DNA of 64,000 nt, taken from assembly GCA_977030845.1 (NCBI GenBank), contig OZ365109.1, forward strand, positions 60,016,001-60,080,000, given 5' to 3'. This stretch comes from Fimbriosthenelais zetlandica (taxonomy: Eukaryota). Both the position numbers and the translations under genes were made by a program. Below are positions 28,441-41,248 of this stretch, piece after piece (position 1 is the stretch's first letter; the number at the start of each line of letters is the position of its first letter). The notes beneath the pieces were generated by a model, which saw nothing but the letters and a program-made list of their open reading frames with translations, was not told the DNA's origin and searched no databases.

Positions 28441-29638
28441 TATACAATGAATTCATCGGAACTGCCATAAATTATTCCATGGCTTGTGACACGAACCACA
28501 CCACTAGTCACCCGTGACTGGAGGTGACTGCCAAAGTTTAATTTCCCTCCTGGCTTCTCTATTCATTACCCCTCCCATAGTGGCTCTATGATTGACAGTA
28601 AAACCAATAATTCAATATTGACAGAGGTCAATGGGTGACAGGAATGTCCGTCAGGGGACAAGAGGGTCAGGCACCGTGGTGCAATTTACATGCATACAGA
28701 CACTATAATTGATCACCATCAATCATAAAATTCAAGGCGTTTGCATTAATTACTCAAACAAACAGGGTGCCATTGCCAACAACATGATCAACTTTTCAAA
28801 ACGTTTGAATGTTTAAAAGAGGATCGTGTCCTCACTAACACATTCAAATAATGTAAAATGAATGAGGTATACCCAGACTCACCGCGTCCATAAAACCTAT
28901 CAAATATGCTGTACGTCTGGAGCCCTGAATATTAGGCCTACATGTATCAATTTGCTAATGAAAAATTTACGTGACATACTTGTTAAGGTAAACCAATACC
29001 TCTGGACTCATTCAGTCTCTGACCTATAAAGAATGTGTGTTGGTGGATCTTAAATCAACATTTGGTTCTGGGAGGGATGGGAATTTTTCGTATGGCAGAG
29101 CGATGCTTAATATGTACCTGCTACTTCTCCGCTTTCCACATTTATATGGAACTAATACATGTCACTTGCCGTGCTGGGGATACTGTTGCCATACTAAGTG
29201 AACCCTTCAAGCTGAGCCTGGTCTATAACTAAGGCCATGTGTCCCTCCTCTAATAGCCGTGGGTGTCTCTCCTGTAGGGGCCTGGAGGTCAGATTGCCCC
29301 CTCCAGTTACTGACACTCTCTAGGCTACTGGAAGATAAGCAGTCCTCCCCTACACAAGCTGAACATGATAAGGAGCTGTTTCCATCTTCATCCATCAACC
29401 CTTACGTGGCACATTCCGCCCGTTATGTAATATGTCGGGCGTTTTTCGGCTGTGCCATTGTTGTCCGGATACGACAAGCACTCTTTTGTCCTGTAATAAT
29501 ATCTAAATGATCAGAGGAAAGCTCTGCAGTTGGGTGGTTATGGACAAAGAAATTATTGCAAATAAACAAATATACCATCGAATTTCTTTCATATTACTAT
29601 TATTATTACTTCCTATTCTTGTTGAGTTATGTACAATA

Positions 29639-29711
29639 TTTTAACCAGTCTTTTTCCTTTTTTTCAGGTAAGCCTACAGTTGATTCATGGTGTCATGGTG
29701 ATTGGGTAAAG
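29639..29711 (+). other. Candidate recursive splice site / RS-exon 2 (AG|GT at 29667/29668; 38-nt exon 29668-29705)
   Basis: Branch-point-like TTTAAC with A at 29644 (about -23), 17 consecutive pyrimidines (29649-29665), AG, then GTAAGC. Downstream donor TGG|GTAAAG at 29705/29706. Confidence 0.6.
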
Positions 29712-32700
29712 TACAAATCTATACGCTAAGAATCCATTATATTAATTTAAATCTTCAAATAATATCAACTCCCCTGGGATATGGTTTAAGCCAAAACCCG
29801 TTTAATTATCTTAAATAAAGCAGCTTCTATAATGGATTCTGCAATGTTATAGATCAGCTAAATCCCTGAATGTTTGATGTAAATCGAATAACCAAGGCAG
29901 TAAAGTAAATTGATTACATTTTGAGAGCTGGTGCATGAAACCAGATCCCAAGATAATATGGCAACAAAAAGAAAATACTTTGTTTGATGCCAATCAAAGT
30001 GGAAATTTTTTATATTTGTATTGACTGTTGCAGCGGTGTGTCATGAACGCATAATATATGAAACACGCAATCGCTTTCATGCAGACTAGCCTTATCAAAT
30101 AGTTTGTGTCCTTTCACACATGCTTGAGGCTCGGCCCAGACATAGTCAATGAGGGCTTCCCATTAGCATCCCGCTAGAGGAAGGGGTTTTCAAAATTTCA
30201 AGTCATGCCATTGAACAATTTACCTGAAGGCAATTATTCCTGCTTGTGCAGAGTTTAATTACCAGGAAATGATTAAGTGCACTGAGCATATGTCCCTGGG
30301 CAATAAGAAATGTTTAAATACAGACGGTATCGTGATTGGCCCTCAAAATATGGCTCATTCATTTTCCAGTTGAATTATTGCTTTTCAAGAAACGGATATC
30401 TCTCATATTGAGACTGATTATATATCCTGGTGTCTTCTAGCTGGGACACAGCCAGGCCAAATTATCTATTATATCATATACAGAAACCAGGTCAATATAG
30501 GCCGTTCTTGTACATATGTGAGTACCTCCATTAAATATGAATTGCTCTAACCAACATTGTGTCTGCGCGTGTGGACTGAAATAGTTATGAGGCTTTGTGA
30601 TCATGACTGTGATTATGCTACCTTCTCCCGTAGGAGATGGTTTCACGCTTCTGGGCATTGAACACAGTCCCAAAGCATTGGGGGTGAGGTGCAATCCACA
30701 TTCTGTACAGACGACCTACATCTGTGTACAGGGCCCAGTAAATTGCGACTGGTCTTTGTTCTTAACATTATTTCAAGAACATCTCCAACATGTTATGTTT
30801 GCATGTCATTGATAAAATACCTTGATCACTGGAGTGGCGGGGCGAATTATGCTTGAAAGATTTTATTGTATAAAGGCCCTTGTGAAAATAGGATGGTGGA
30901 GGGAAGACCTTGTCATGGATAGTGGGAAAAATTGCCAGAAGCACTTGCTCTCAATACAAGATTCGTTACTGCTTGTTTCAAGGAATCATTACCCCGACTG
31001 AGAAGGAAGCACGAACCTTAATATTCAAAGGAAGGCAACAGGGGAGAGTAATGATACAATTGCATGCAGCGAAGACTGGCCATATGACAAGTACCCCTGT
31101 GAACACTGGAGCAAGATGCCATGTGTGTTGAATGGAGTAGAGTGGCAACGCCCCTTATATAGCGCGCTCAATACACGGGGAGGCAATCTAATGATCCACG
31201 CCCATTAACATAAAGGATAAAGTTCAATGATCAATCATGGGCCCGTCTCTTTTTGATTGATATGTCTTCATGCAAGAAACGATCCCCATTTACATTTGTC
31301 AACAGTGATAAATTCATTGGAAGCAGCAGTTGATTAAGAAATCATTAGCGAGATCAAACGAAAAAACACGGGGCTGGTGTGGGAGGATCAGGGTGTCAAA
31401 TCATGGATAATCACAAGGGAGAACATGGCTGTGATTGGCCATTTGTTAGCTTGAAGGTTCCCAATTGCCAGAATTCAGTGCCCAAATATAGGATATTTAG
31501 GAGAGCATGAAAGTCCAGCAATGCCAATCCCCAACAGTGGCTTTGGAATGCGGCAGGAGCTAATTCTGTTGGATCCGGGGAATGGTGTATGATAGATATT
31601 CTCTATAAGCCTGCTAGGTTTACCTTTGCTGAGAGCGGCGTAATGGATGGGTGCCTGGAAAGAGCATGTTTCCGAGGCCTCTATTGTTGGGATCGGGAGC
31701 TTTGACACTAACACGAAGCGACGATGCGATGTTACGAGCCGCTCAGGCCTCTGGCGATGACACAGCATGCTCCAAGTAATAGTGACAATGAGCCAAACGT
31801 GGAAATGCTAGAGGTAAAGGCAATTAGGAGAAAGCGTTTTTCAGCAGCCACACTTGCACCCTTTCTGCAAGTGATTCCTAGTGCCTTTGAGTAGTATAGC
31901 GAAAAAGGCACCATGTGCTGGGGCACCATTTAGATGTAGATATTCACACACCCGGCCCCACCCCCCACCCACCAACACCCACTCACATCTACTGGGAATA
32001 CAGCAAGTCGGTGACGAACGGCAGACGTTCATGAATTAGTGCTGAATCTGGCCTTTTGAGGACAGGTCCAGGTGATTGGACCAGGAGCTTGAAGCCCAGG
32101 TCTCCTCTCGAGTTTCGCAGCTTTCTGTGCCAGCTGTCAAGTTAGATCTGTGGGCTTTGCTGTCAATTTGCCCTTCACACTTCCGAGTCCTTTGTGGTGC
32201 CAGGTAAAAGGGGTGGCTTCCTTTGAGCTCTGGAGGTGCCTTCAGAAAGAGTTGGTTGCACACCGAGCGGCTGCAATTTTAGCACCGATTCACTGGTAGA
32301 AATCTGAAAGGCAGTGTGGGAGAAGTTACGGGCATGGAACACTGAACACCAACCCATCCTTCAACTGCCGCTCGAAAGGAGGGCATTTAGTAGGGCTTTG
32401 CAGGACTTATCCTATCCACTGCTCTGTAGATCCCCCCCGCCATCCCCCCATATCTCCACCACCAACCCCTCCAACTCTCGCCTAGTCTCTTCACAATCCA
32501 CAGCCGTTAGCCAATGGTCGTGGCTAACATCACAAATGTTGACTTATGCTGACAGCGACTCAGCTCCGATTCAGGTTGACTCGTTTTACTTTGCCTCCGC
32601 TGCGATCCCAATATCTAGCCGCCCAGCTGTGGCCTAGTACACATTCAGGCTGGCCGTATCGATTAGCTAACCCCCCTGTATCAATTAGGCCGAAGGGTAT

Positions 32701-34999
32701 ACTATTACCTCTCCTAACTCAACCAGATAAAGCACCACTCTAGCATACATGCCTCACGATAAATGTTCCAGTCTGCCATTGAAGTCCTGAGCAAGTCCCC
32801 CCGGTGTATTGAACTGCCGCAAGTTGAGATGTTCAATTCCACCTCATAAAAACAATAAAAAGGGGAGGTTTAAGTATGTAAACGCAGCCTGGCAGAGACA
32901 CCATCATCAGGCCTGTATGTATTGGCCTCCTCATCTGTCATTGTCAGAACCCCTTTTGAGCATGGTTAACGCCTTACTGACCCAAATGGACCATGAGTAG
33001 CTCTCATGGTTTTCACTGAGCAAGCGCTTCGGTTCAGCCTTTTAATGGTGGAGCGCTGCATGCATTGCACCATCTCCTTCACTAAGCCTATGGGGACCAG
33101 GTTGAGTCCAGTGTCCACTGGCCTTATCATATCAGAGATACCAACTGACTATCAGTGAAATCACAACACCATCAAAATCTCTCTCCAAGCCTTGAAGGCA
33201 ACGGCTCACCTAATCCACTAACAGGGAATCCTTTAGAGCTGTTCCGAGTAGCTAGCTTAAATAAGCTAGAAAGTAGAAGGGCTTCAGATAATTCAGGCGA
33301 GCTGTCAGTCTAGATTAACATAGATAGCTTCTTCTAAACGTTGAAGAAGGTATGGCCAAGGGGCACTTTCTTTACTTATTCATATCACATAAATCTTCAT
33401 GAGAACCAAATAGCAATTTTACACTTGGTTTTCCTTTGAAGGGAAACACTTCAAACCCCTCAACACTGCGCACCATCTGGTATGCTTATTTAAAGGGAAA
33501 ATCGTGAGTGATATTGAAACGCACGGCGTTTTATTAAATACCTCCACACACATATAATGATGGATGTGAAATTCATAACGTTCCATCCCGCCCATTATCA
33601 GAGCTATTTCTTTCATATACATCAAATGGCAACCATTCTAATGACATTACAGCCAAATGGTCTGTATTAAATTAGATGACTATGTCATTATTTAGTGCAT
33701 TTATCTCAGCGGGGAGGAAGTCTGGGATGCTTTATTGTGATTAAATGTACGATAGAGAGGTACAGTGGTATACCATTTTGTATATAGGCTGTACTATATG
33801 TGGAATGAAGACTTTAACCACAATTGACCAGTCGTCATATATACCAGCAGGTTCTACATTCATTAGGGTCTGCTTTAGACCAGTGGCCTTTGCGAGACTC
33901 TTGATTTCCCAACTGACCGTAGAGGGCAGGCTTGCCAAAGACTAGAGCAACATTATGGGGACGCTCTGAGACGTTCCTCATAAAGTCCTATCTTAACTAA
34001 CTCTGAGTATAGTCCAGGAAAGTGCCTCTACACCATCTAATGGGGCAGTCCCTTCAGTTTACTATCCAAGTGTACTGCTACTTGGATATATATGTACAAA
34101 ATTGGACCTTGCATGTGCAAAAGTTTAATTCTGAAGGCAGATCTATGAAGTTGCTAGATGGAACTTTACAGCAAAACCTGGCTGGCAGTGCTATAAGTAT
34201 TGAGTATTTCCACTGTATTTCGTGACTGCACCCCTGCTTCCTGCATCGAATAATGCTCAACATCATTATTGGGTAATTGATTTCCAAAGGGCAGAAAAGG
34301 TGAAATTTCGTCTCGCACTGAGGTAAATATAGCCTCTAGATAGTCGGCTCCTGTCATGTCCCTCACGCTATTCTTCGTGATCTCCTTTCGTTTGCAGCTA
34401 CAAAAAGACTTCTCTTCATTCCAAAGGTGATTTCGCCCCTTTTGAGCCGCTTTTCAGCCATGTTTCTCTCCGCAATTGCGCATAAAATATTTCTCTTCAA
34501 TTAGGTGTGTCAAAATTGTTAACCGGGCAAATCGATAGCGGTATACATATCAATATTAATTCTCAGGGAAACGCTAAAAAAAGAAGAGAACTTTATGCAA
34601 GATGTTCAGTTATATTAGAATCTCATCACACCCACTCGCTTCAACCATTGCCTTCCTACTGCCAAGCACAGCCAAGCCAACGACCTTTCATATGAAACGT
34701 GAGATGGTGAAAGCAAAACACCAATAACCTCCAATGATTTGTACGCATCACACAGAGAACACAAACATTCTAGAGCCGGGGCATATTTCCACTTTCCTTC
34801 TACTACTGGAAGCTTCTTGCTAGTGTCCGTGACTTCCCGGCAGAAAGCCAGCCCAAGGAAAACACAACCAGCTTCCTGCTTTCCTGCCTTTTGTCAACAA
34901 CAAGACCACGTGACCTGTTTACGTCACACCCATCTGGTTGTGGAGGATGCCATCCATATCCGGTCAGCCAACAGGGCGGCCGGGTGGCGGGGGAGATTT

Positions 35000-35245
35000 T
35001 AGAGTGGTCCAGGGTTACTGGTCTTATTACTTGTATATAGAAAGACTTCCCACTTGGGACTATAGCTTCCCATCTCTCTTCTCTTCCTCCACTTTCTTCA
35101 GGCTTTGGCAGTTCTGCACCTCCCGCACGATCTTTGGTGCACACATCAAAGGCTGGCCTCCCACTGTATTAGGTGGTGCATCCAGCTGTAAGGTGCTTCC
35201 GCCTAAACACCTGGAGTGAGAGTATTTCAGGCAGGGACATTTGGT
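35000..35245 (-). mobile_element. Possible decayed hAT transposase fragment
   Basis: TKCPCL (HVPCLAH-like) and, about 75 codons later, ACC-C-TGG-ACC-ACT-CTA (TRWNSTL-like). Very weak. Confidence 0.18.
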
Positions 35246-36200
35246 ACATAAAGAAGTAGGGTGCTGAGTAGCAGATAAGAGGATGTAGGAGCAGCCTAGA
35301 CACCCCTCAGCGATGGGAGGGGAGGAGGAGGTGGAGGTGGAGGAGGAGGATGGGGAATAGGGTTGAGACAGATATAGCGTGGGGGGGCACTGGCCTTCTT
35401 GATCACTGGGATGAAGGTCCACGAACATAGCAGAAAGCATCGAATAAACGAGATCAAAAGGCCTTAAAACAGCCTTGCCTCGGGCGGAGTGTATGAATAT
35501 AGAAAAGGTAAGCAACTGCTGACGCCGTGGGTTTCACGTTGTTTATTGAAAAGTGCAGTATGTTTCCTTGTTTGGAATGCACTTGCAAATAAAGAAAGAA
35601 TCATTATTTTCTTTCGTTATATAAACTTAATGTTCCATTATTCACGTACGCTGGTTCCCATGTTAACTCAGCACCGGAAGGCAGGAAAAAAAACCTGGCA
35701 TTCCCCATAGAATCTCCATGTCATTTTCCTTACAAGTATCAGCCGCAACCAATTATACCTTAATCAACCAAAGTGTGGCTCCTAATGGCCTGGGGCATTG
35801 CTTGTTCCAGGTGAGCCATTCATCACACAGATGTAATTGGGATTATATATGAGATAAACGATCTCAGATGAGTGATTAGTGCAACTATTTTTTTTTGCGA
35901 GATACCCTAGATCATCTTGGTAATAATGTCTTACCATGATAAATTAGATAACTATTTCTTTATCAGTTCCCCTGAGGTCCAAAAGGTTTATTTATAAGTT
36001 GCTACAATGTACATGTAATCATTATTTATCAAGGAGTGATGCCAGCTATAGGCCTTTGCATGTTAGCCTTCATGATTACTGCACCCTAGATTGCTGCTGC
36101 TGCCACGGGCTTTATCGATGGTCCAAAGCCCCTATATACAAAGGGAATGGTTCCAGAGGGGCTCCCAGTTCCATCATACTCATTCTCTCATTTTTTTCAG

Positions 36201-36206
36201 GGAGAG
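36201..36206 (+). other. Candidate 6-nt (or 12-nt) microexon
   Basis: CTCATTCTCTCATTTTTTTCAG|GGAGAG|GTAATT; alternative donor ATT|GTATGT at 36212/36213. Motif evidence only. Confidence 0.25.
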
Positions 36207-36399
36207 GTAATTGTATGTGGATTTCCTTTGGGGAGCATTTGGTTTTTGAGCCATGTGACACTTGGGAGACAATCAGTCTTACTTGAGGCGCAGCCTGGCT
36301 GTAGTGACCACGAATAGGCGGCTCCCATCATTTGTCAACAAAGGCTTTGAAAACAGGAGCCGAGAGAGCCACACCTGATCTCATGATGTCCCCTGATAA

Positions 36400-36495
36400 T
36401 GACCCTGTGTCTGAAGCATCCATGCCCTTCTCCAAAACTCCTGCTTGCTGTGAAAGGAGTGAATGGCATAGCCCTGGAGGCCCCTCCAGCAGACA
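36400..36495 (-). mobile_element. Possible decayed Gypsy RNase H N-terminal fragment
   Basis: LLEGPPGL...VLEKGMDASDTG resembles LxxAPVL...FxLETDASDTG (ORF 36328..36594). The downstream GAVLSQ motif is not seen. Confidence 0.25.
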
Positions 36496-39400
36496 GCTTA
36501 AATATCTCCCTGACTGGAACTCATATTGCACAATCCCAATGTTAGTTGGACAATTGGTCTGAGCTGCCAGCCATATCTTTGTGAACTGCTTCAAAGCATT
36601 AAATTAATAGTGTTCGGAACGGATAATTATTCAATATCACCCCGAAAACACGACGTTTTCATAATTTAGCTGATCACAGCAAAGCAGGTCATGGGGTTTT
36701 AGATAAGCCATTCCATCAAACCCATGGATGCACCTTAATTACAGATGAACCCATATTATTAAAGCAATTACTCCCAAAGCAATCTGACATCAGACATGGG
36801 ACAAATTCAAAAGGCAACAGATTCAAAAGGGATTCTTCTCAGAGACGACTATTTGCGTTTCCCGGAATTCACTATTAGCTGTTTCACTTTGAAGGAAACT
36901 GAAATGTCAGAAGTCCTGCCCTTTGTCTTGAGGAGATCAGTCTGTGTTTGTTCCAGAAGGAAGACAACAAACACAAACCTATTGAATCCCACATATTGGT
37001 TAGAAAGGGGAAGGGAGAGATGAGTTGGGGGTGGTGGATAAGAGGGAGAGAAAATGGAGATGCTGTTCAGCATGGCCACCAAACTCTTTGCCCATTCGTA
37101 AGTAGTGTAAACTTCAGACCTCCGGCCCGATCCAAGCCGGCCTCCTGTGACATGCTATGAAAGTTTTACCAGCCCCTCCATCGATTTAATCCGCGGCAAG
37201 ACATTATCGGTCCTGACTGCCAGCCTGATTAGGAATTCGCATGACTCTGGAGGCCGACCTTCGCCCCAACACTCGGCGAGTACAGAAAAATTGAGCTGTC
37301 AGCAACTGCTGGAACATTGACAAGGCCGGATGTTTTCACAGCCCACTAATCAAGGTGATATAAACTCCCAATGGTTAACATTATCATTCCCCGAGTAATA
37401 TGTGCTTAATGGACATTTTCCAATCACATATCACTTAGCGGGATTGTTGTTGCAATTGCCAGGGCGTGTTTCTTCCCAGCACTGCAGGGAATTTTGGGAA
37501 TTAAATTCGCCATGTAATTTTCCTGGCAAGTAATTAAGTTTAAGTAAGGTTTGTATGTATACATTGGTTACACGGTGTAACTGTACACAACTCTTTGGCT
37601 GCACTGCCAACTCCACAACCCCCTCTTATTCAAATTTTATTTACTCCCCAATTAAGGCCGGAGTAGGTAATGTATACAGGATGGGGAGTGGGACACATTC
37701 CGGCCTTCACTTTGTTGATAATTAGCCTTGAGTGTAGGCGCACATATAGGTAGAAAGTCCTCCACCATATGATATATAGATGCTATGGAATTCAGCTTTC
37801 TGGTAGACAGAGACATATCCCCAACCATGTAAACTGGTCTTAATTTCGACCAAGTCTTTTCTTATTGATAGAAAAGCGCCAGGCTAAGAGGGGGAAAGGA
37901 TATATTCATCAGTCTCAATGCTGTCCGATATCCCCTCAGAGAATGGCCTCGGCCGGCGCAGCCACCGTGGATATCACTTGGAGGAGAATATAGGGAATCT
38001 GGGGGAGATGCTGTCAGATATATTAGCTGAGTTGATTTGTCATGCTGAGCCTAATTGGCAAGGCTCTACGCCATCAACTCCTATTAGGAGTGTGTGTCCT
38101 CTCGCACTGAAATGTTTCCCTCAATGGGCCAGCTTTCCTCAGGGTGATTTACTGTCCCCATTGCCTCAGGCGCTCCCCTGTGTTCCTGGAGAGGCTGGAG
38201 GCAGTTCCAGTTGTGAGAAGAGGCTTGTAGGCGATAGTATAGAAAGCCTTAGGACAGACACAACGCTTACGTAATGATTCTGCAGAATGGCTGAGTGAAG
38301 GAGGGTTCTTCTGCTTGGTTGGTTTCACTTGCAAGCCCAGACTACCTGCAACATGGCGTAATGACTTTATGGCAATCGATTTACACTGCGGGCTTCTGTG
38401 ATGATTTTAAACTAGATTGATTATTCTAAACACTCACGTTGGTGTGGCCACATGGGGCTATTCTCAGCAAGAAGTATCCTAAGTGCATCAGGCATTCTGA
38501 CAAGGAGACGAGCGCTCACTTTCCTGGCACTAACAATAAAAGCCCAATTATTTGCAATTCTCGTTCATCCTAAGAAAAGGACAATTCTTGCTGGTGAGTA
38601 GGGGAGTCTTCCAAGGAAATGCTTCAAACTGTCAGGTTGAAGATTATTCAGCTCAAAAAAGTATTTTAGAATGTCAGGGATTTGTCAGGCGAACTCAGAT
38701 GGTGGGAAACTTTGGCGCATTAAGCCGCTGCAGGAGCTGAGGTAGTCACCTTCCTACATAGAATCGATGTGCCGTTTATGACCAATCTCAGTTCCTTGTA
38801 CAATCAATACTGAAGTGTTAATGGACGTTAACTCCCTGGTGTAGTTTTGATTGTCGGTCTAATAACAGTACTTTAAACATGACATTTATTGAGTCATTAC
38901 AATAATTCCTCCAATGACCTTTTAGTTATTGGAGCTTTTCTATGATACTCTATGAGTATGCAACTTCTAAATGTAACGAGCCTATATACTATCCTGTACA
39001 TGTATATTGCCCCTTAGTAAAAGAATGTGGCCATTTTCCTATATGAATTATTTCTCTATGTTGGGGTACCGGGGCAGGAACAATGCTCGGTGCCCAATTT
39101 TGATGGAATGTTTACATAGAATGACCAAATCAGACGGCCAGCAAAAGGTCTGGCGGGAAGTCAATGGCATGTTATTTCCATGAAATACATCATAAGCCGG
39201 ACAGGCTGTCCTACTCCATCAGTCGCTCAGTCCTGCCAATATACCCAAGTGAGCTGAATCTTTATCAAACAAGATGTATGGAACTCTCGTAGAGGCAATT
39301 ATCTCGCATGGTAGTTTAATGTGAGGAGGAAGGCGGCAATGGGTGGTGGTTGACTCACATGTGAGTGGCTCAGATGGACTTGAATAAGAAGACCTACAGT

Positions 39401-40007
39401 CATATGCAGACCTTCAATGATAGATGACAGGAAATAATGTCAATTTACTGCCTAACGTCCAGTCATACTTTTCAAATCCAGGGTCGAAAATTGTTCCCGC
39501 TGCGATGTGATTTAGTGAAAATAACCATCACTTCTCCAATTGTCATCCATTGATTGGCAAATTGTACATGGGTGCACCGAAGATCATGATTTACAGAGGG
39601 TTCTGTAAAATTTACAGGACGATATGGGTTCAGAGATTCAGTTCTGTCCTGCAAAATGGAATACAGCACCCCATGGGGGGCCCACAACTAATATATATAA
39701 TGGGACACAGATTGGCTTGATTGCGTGTTGTTTATTTATTTAAATTCAACGTATAATACAATGAGCATAACCACATTGTTTCAATACAAAGACAGAGAAT
39801 AATTCAAATGTATTTTTCAAGTAGCCTCATATAAATAATATTCCATTATATAATAATATTACTATATGTCATGTAGATATCTAGACTAATTAGGATGAAT
39901 GTCCCAATATGTCATTTCCATCATTCATATGTAGAGAACTAATTTAATAGTATCATCACTTTTCTTCATGACATGTGATATACCATTCTCTCCTGCGTGA
40001 CATCAGG

Positions 40008-40111
40008 TTAATGTGAATCTTTTCTTTTTTTTGCAGGTATGTATGCCGTAAGGCGAACGAATACTATAAGACGAATGACAACAAGGCCTCCCTTTTTTGA
40101 CACTGGTAAGA
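40008..40111 (+). other. Candidate recursive splice site / RS-exon 3 (AG|GT at 40036/40037; 69-nt exon 40037-40105)
   Basis: Branch-point-like TTAAT with A at 40011 (-25), 15 consecutive pyrimidines (40018-40032), GCAG, then GTATGT. Further donors GCC|GTAAGG (40047/40048) and CTG|GTAAGA (40105/40106). Confidence 0.6.
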
Positions 40112-41131
40112 TTTCCCATGTGTATCTTTTTTGTGCACGTGTAATCAGAAATCGCCAGTTTATTTTATACTCCCTTATATATATGAGCTCGCTGCAATTA
40201 CCAAGTAAAAAGTAGCTCTGACGTTTGAAGCAATATTAATCATAAGTTAGGTAGCCCTCTCTAAGTTGTCACATTCAGAAGTGATTCAAGAGATACAGAT
40301 CAGCTATACAATCTGACGTGTTTGTAAGTAATTCTGACTGCTAAGTAATTCGAATATCAAATATTAGTGGAAAAATAGTAACGGTATAATTATTATGAGC
40401 AGGTAATTTCTATGCATTAATTGCTACTGTAAGCTTAAAAATATTATATGTTAATGGTGTATGGAGCTGTTATTGATGATATTATGCATGTGTATTATTT
40501 CAGTGGGTGTTTATGTCATATTAAGTAGTTCCGCATGGTCATTGTCAACATTCCATCCATACCTGGAATGGAATGCGTATATTGTGTGGAATAGGATACC
40601 TCGTCATTATCACAATTTAAGTGTATACAGGTATTTCTATTTTAATTACAGGAATCCCATTTGTTTTGTATTTAATTAGGACTTATTGTGTATCTAGGTT
40701 ATACTATTATGAAATAATTATATTATGCAATCTCCAAATGAAGGTAAATGATTTAGCATAATTGAAGTCACGCAGCCAATCTGTGAGGTGTTAGACGCTA
40801 CATATAGTGTTATCTTGATCAGGCCATTTAGCACCCTTTAAATTATATAAATGGCATTACTGAAATGGTCATAGAAATTACATGATTGTCCTGATAATTA
40901 TGAACTGGATATGAAAAGCACCTTTTGCGAGCATGTAATCCACAATGATGTCCTTTAGTTCCATGGTGAATAAGATTTCCAGAGCAACCTATAAAACCGA
41001 GCCTGAAGATTTATGACAAAAGCTAACCTATTATCAATTAACTTTGACATTTATCAGCAAGTCAATTCATTTCTTGATCTTTGAGGCAGGCAATTGCTGA
41101 TATCAGGGGCCTGTTTCAGAAGAACAATGCT

Positions 41132-41248
41132 AAGTATATGGGGAACTTTGGCGCTGAAACGGGCCCGTGGCATAAGGGAAATAGGAAGCAGGCAGTGGCT
41201 ACTGTATTAGTAATGCCTTACATCGCATACATGTGTGAACAATGGTGT
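41132..41248 (+). mobile_element. Possible decayed CR1/L2-type RT C-terminal (thumb) fragment
   Basis: KYMG...LVMPYIAYMCEQWC resembles KYLG...LVxPxLxYCxEVW, but the spacing is shorter than typical. Confidence 0.25.

Noticed and set aside
34381-34432. 29-nt exon candidate (TTTGCAG|...AAG|GTGATT)
   Set aside because: Interrupted pyrimidine tract and mediocre donor; not distinguishable from background pseudo-exons.
38205-38260. KRLVGDSI as the CR1 ORF1 esterase (VVGDSI) motif
   Set aside because: Single short motif without the expected downstream context.
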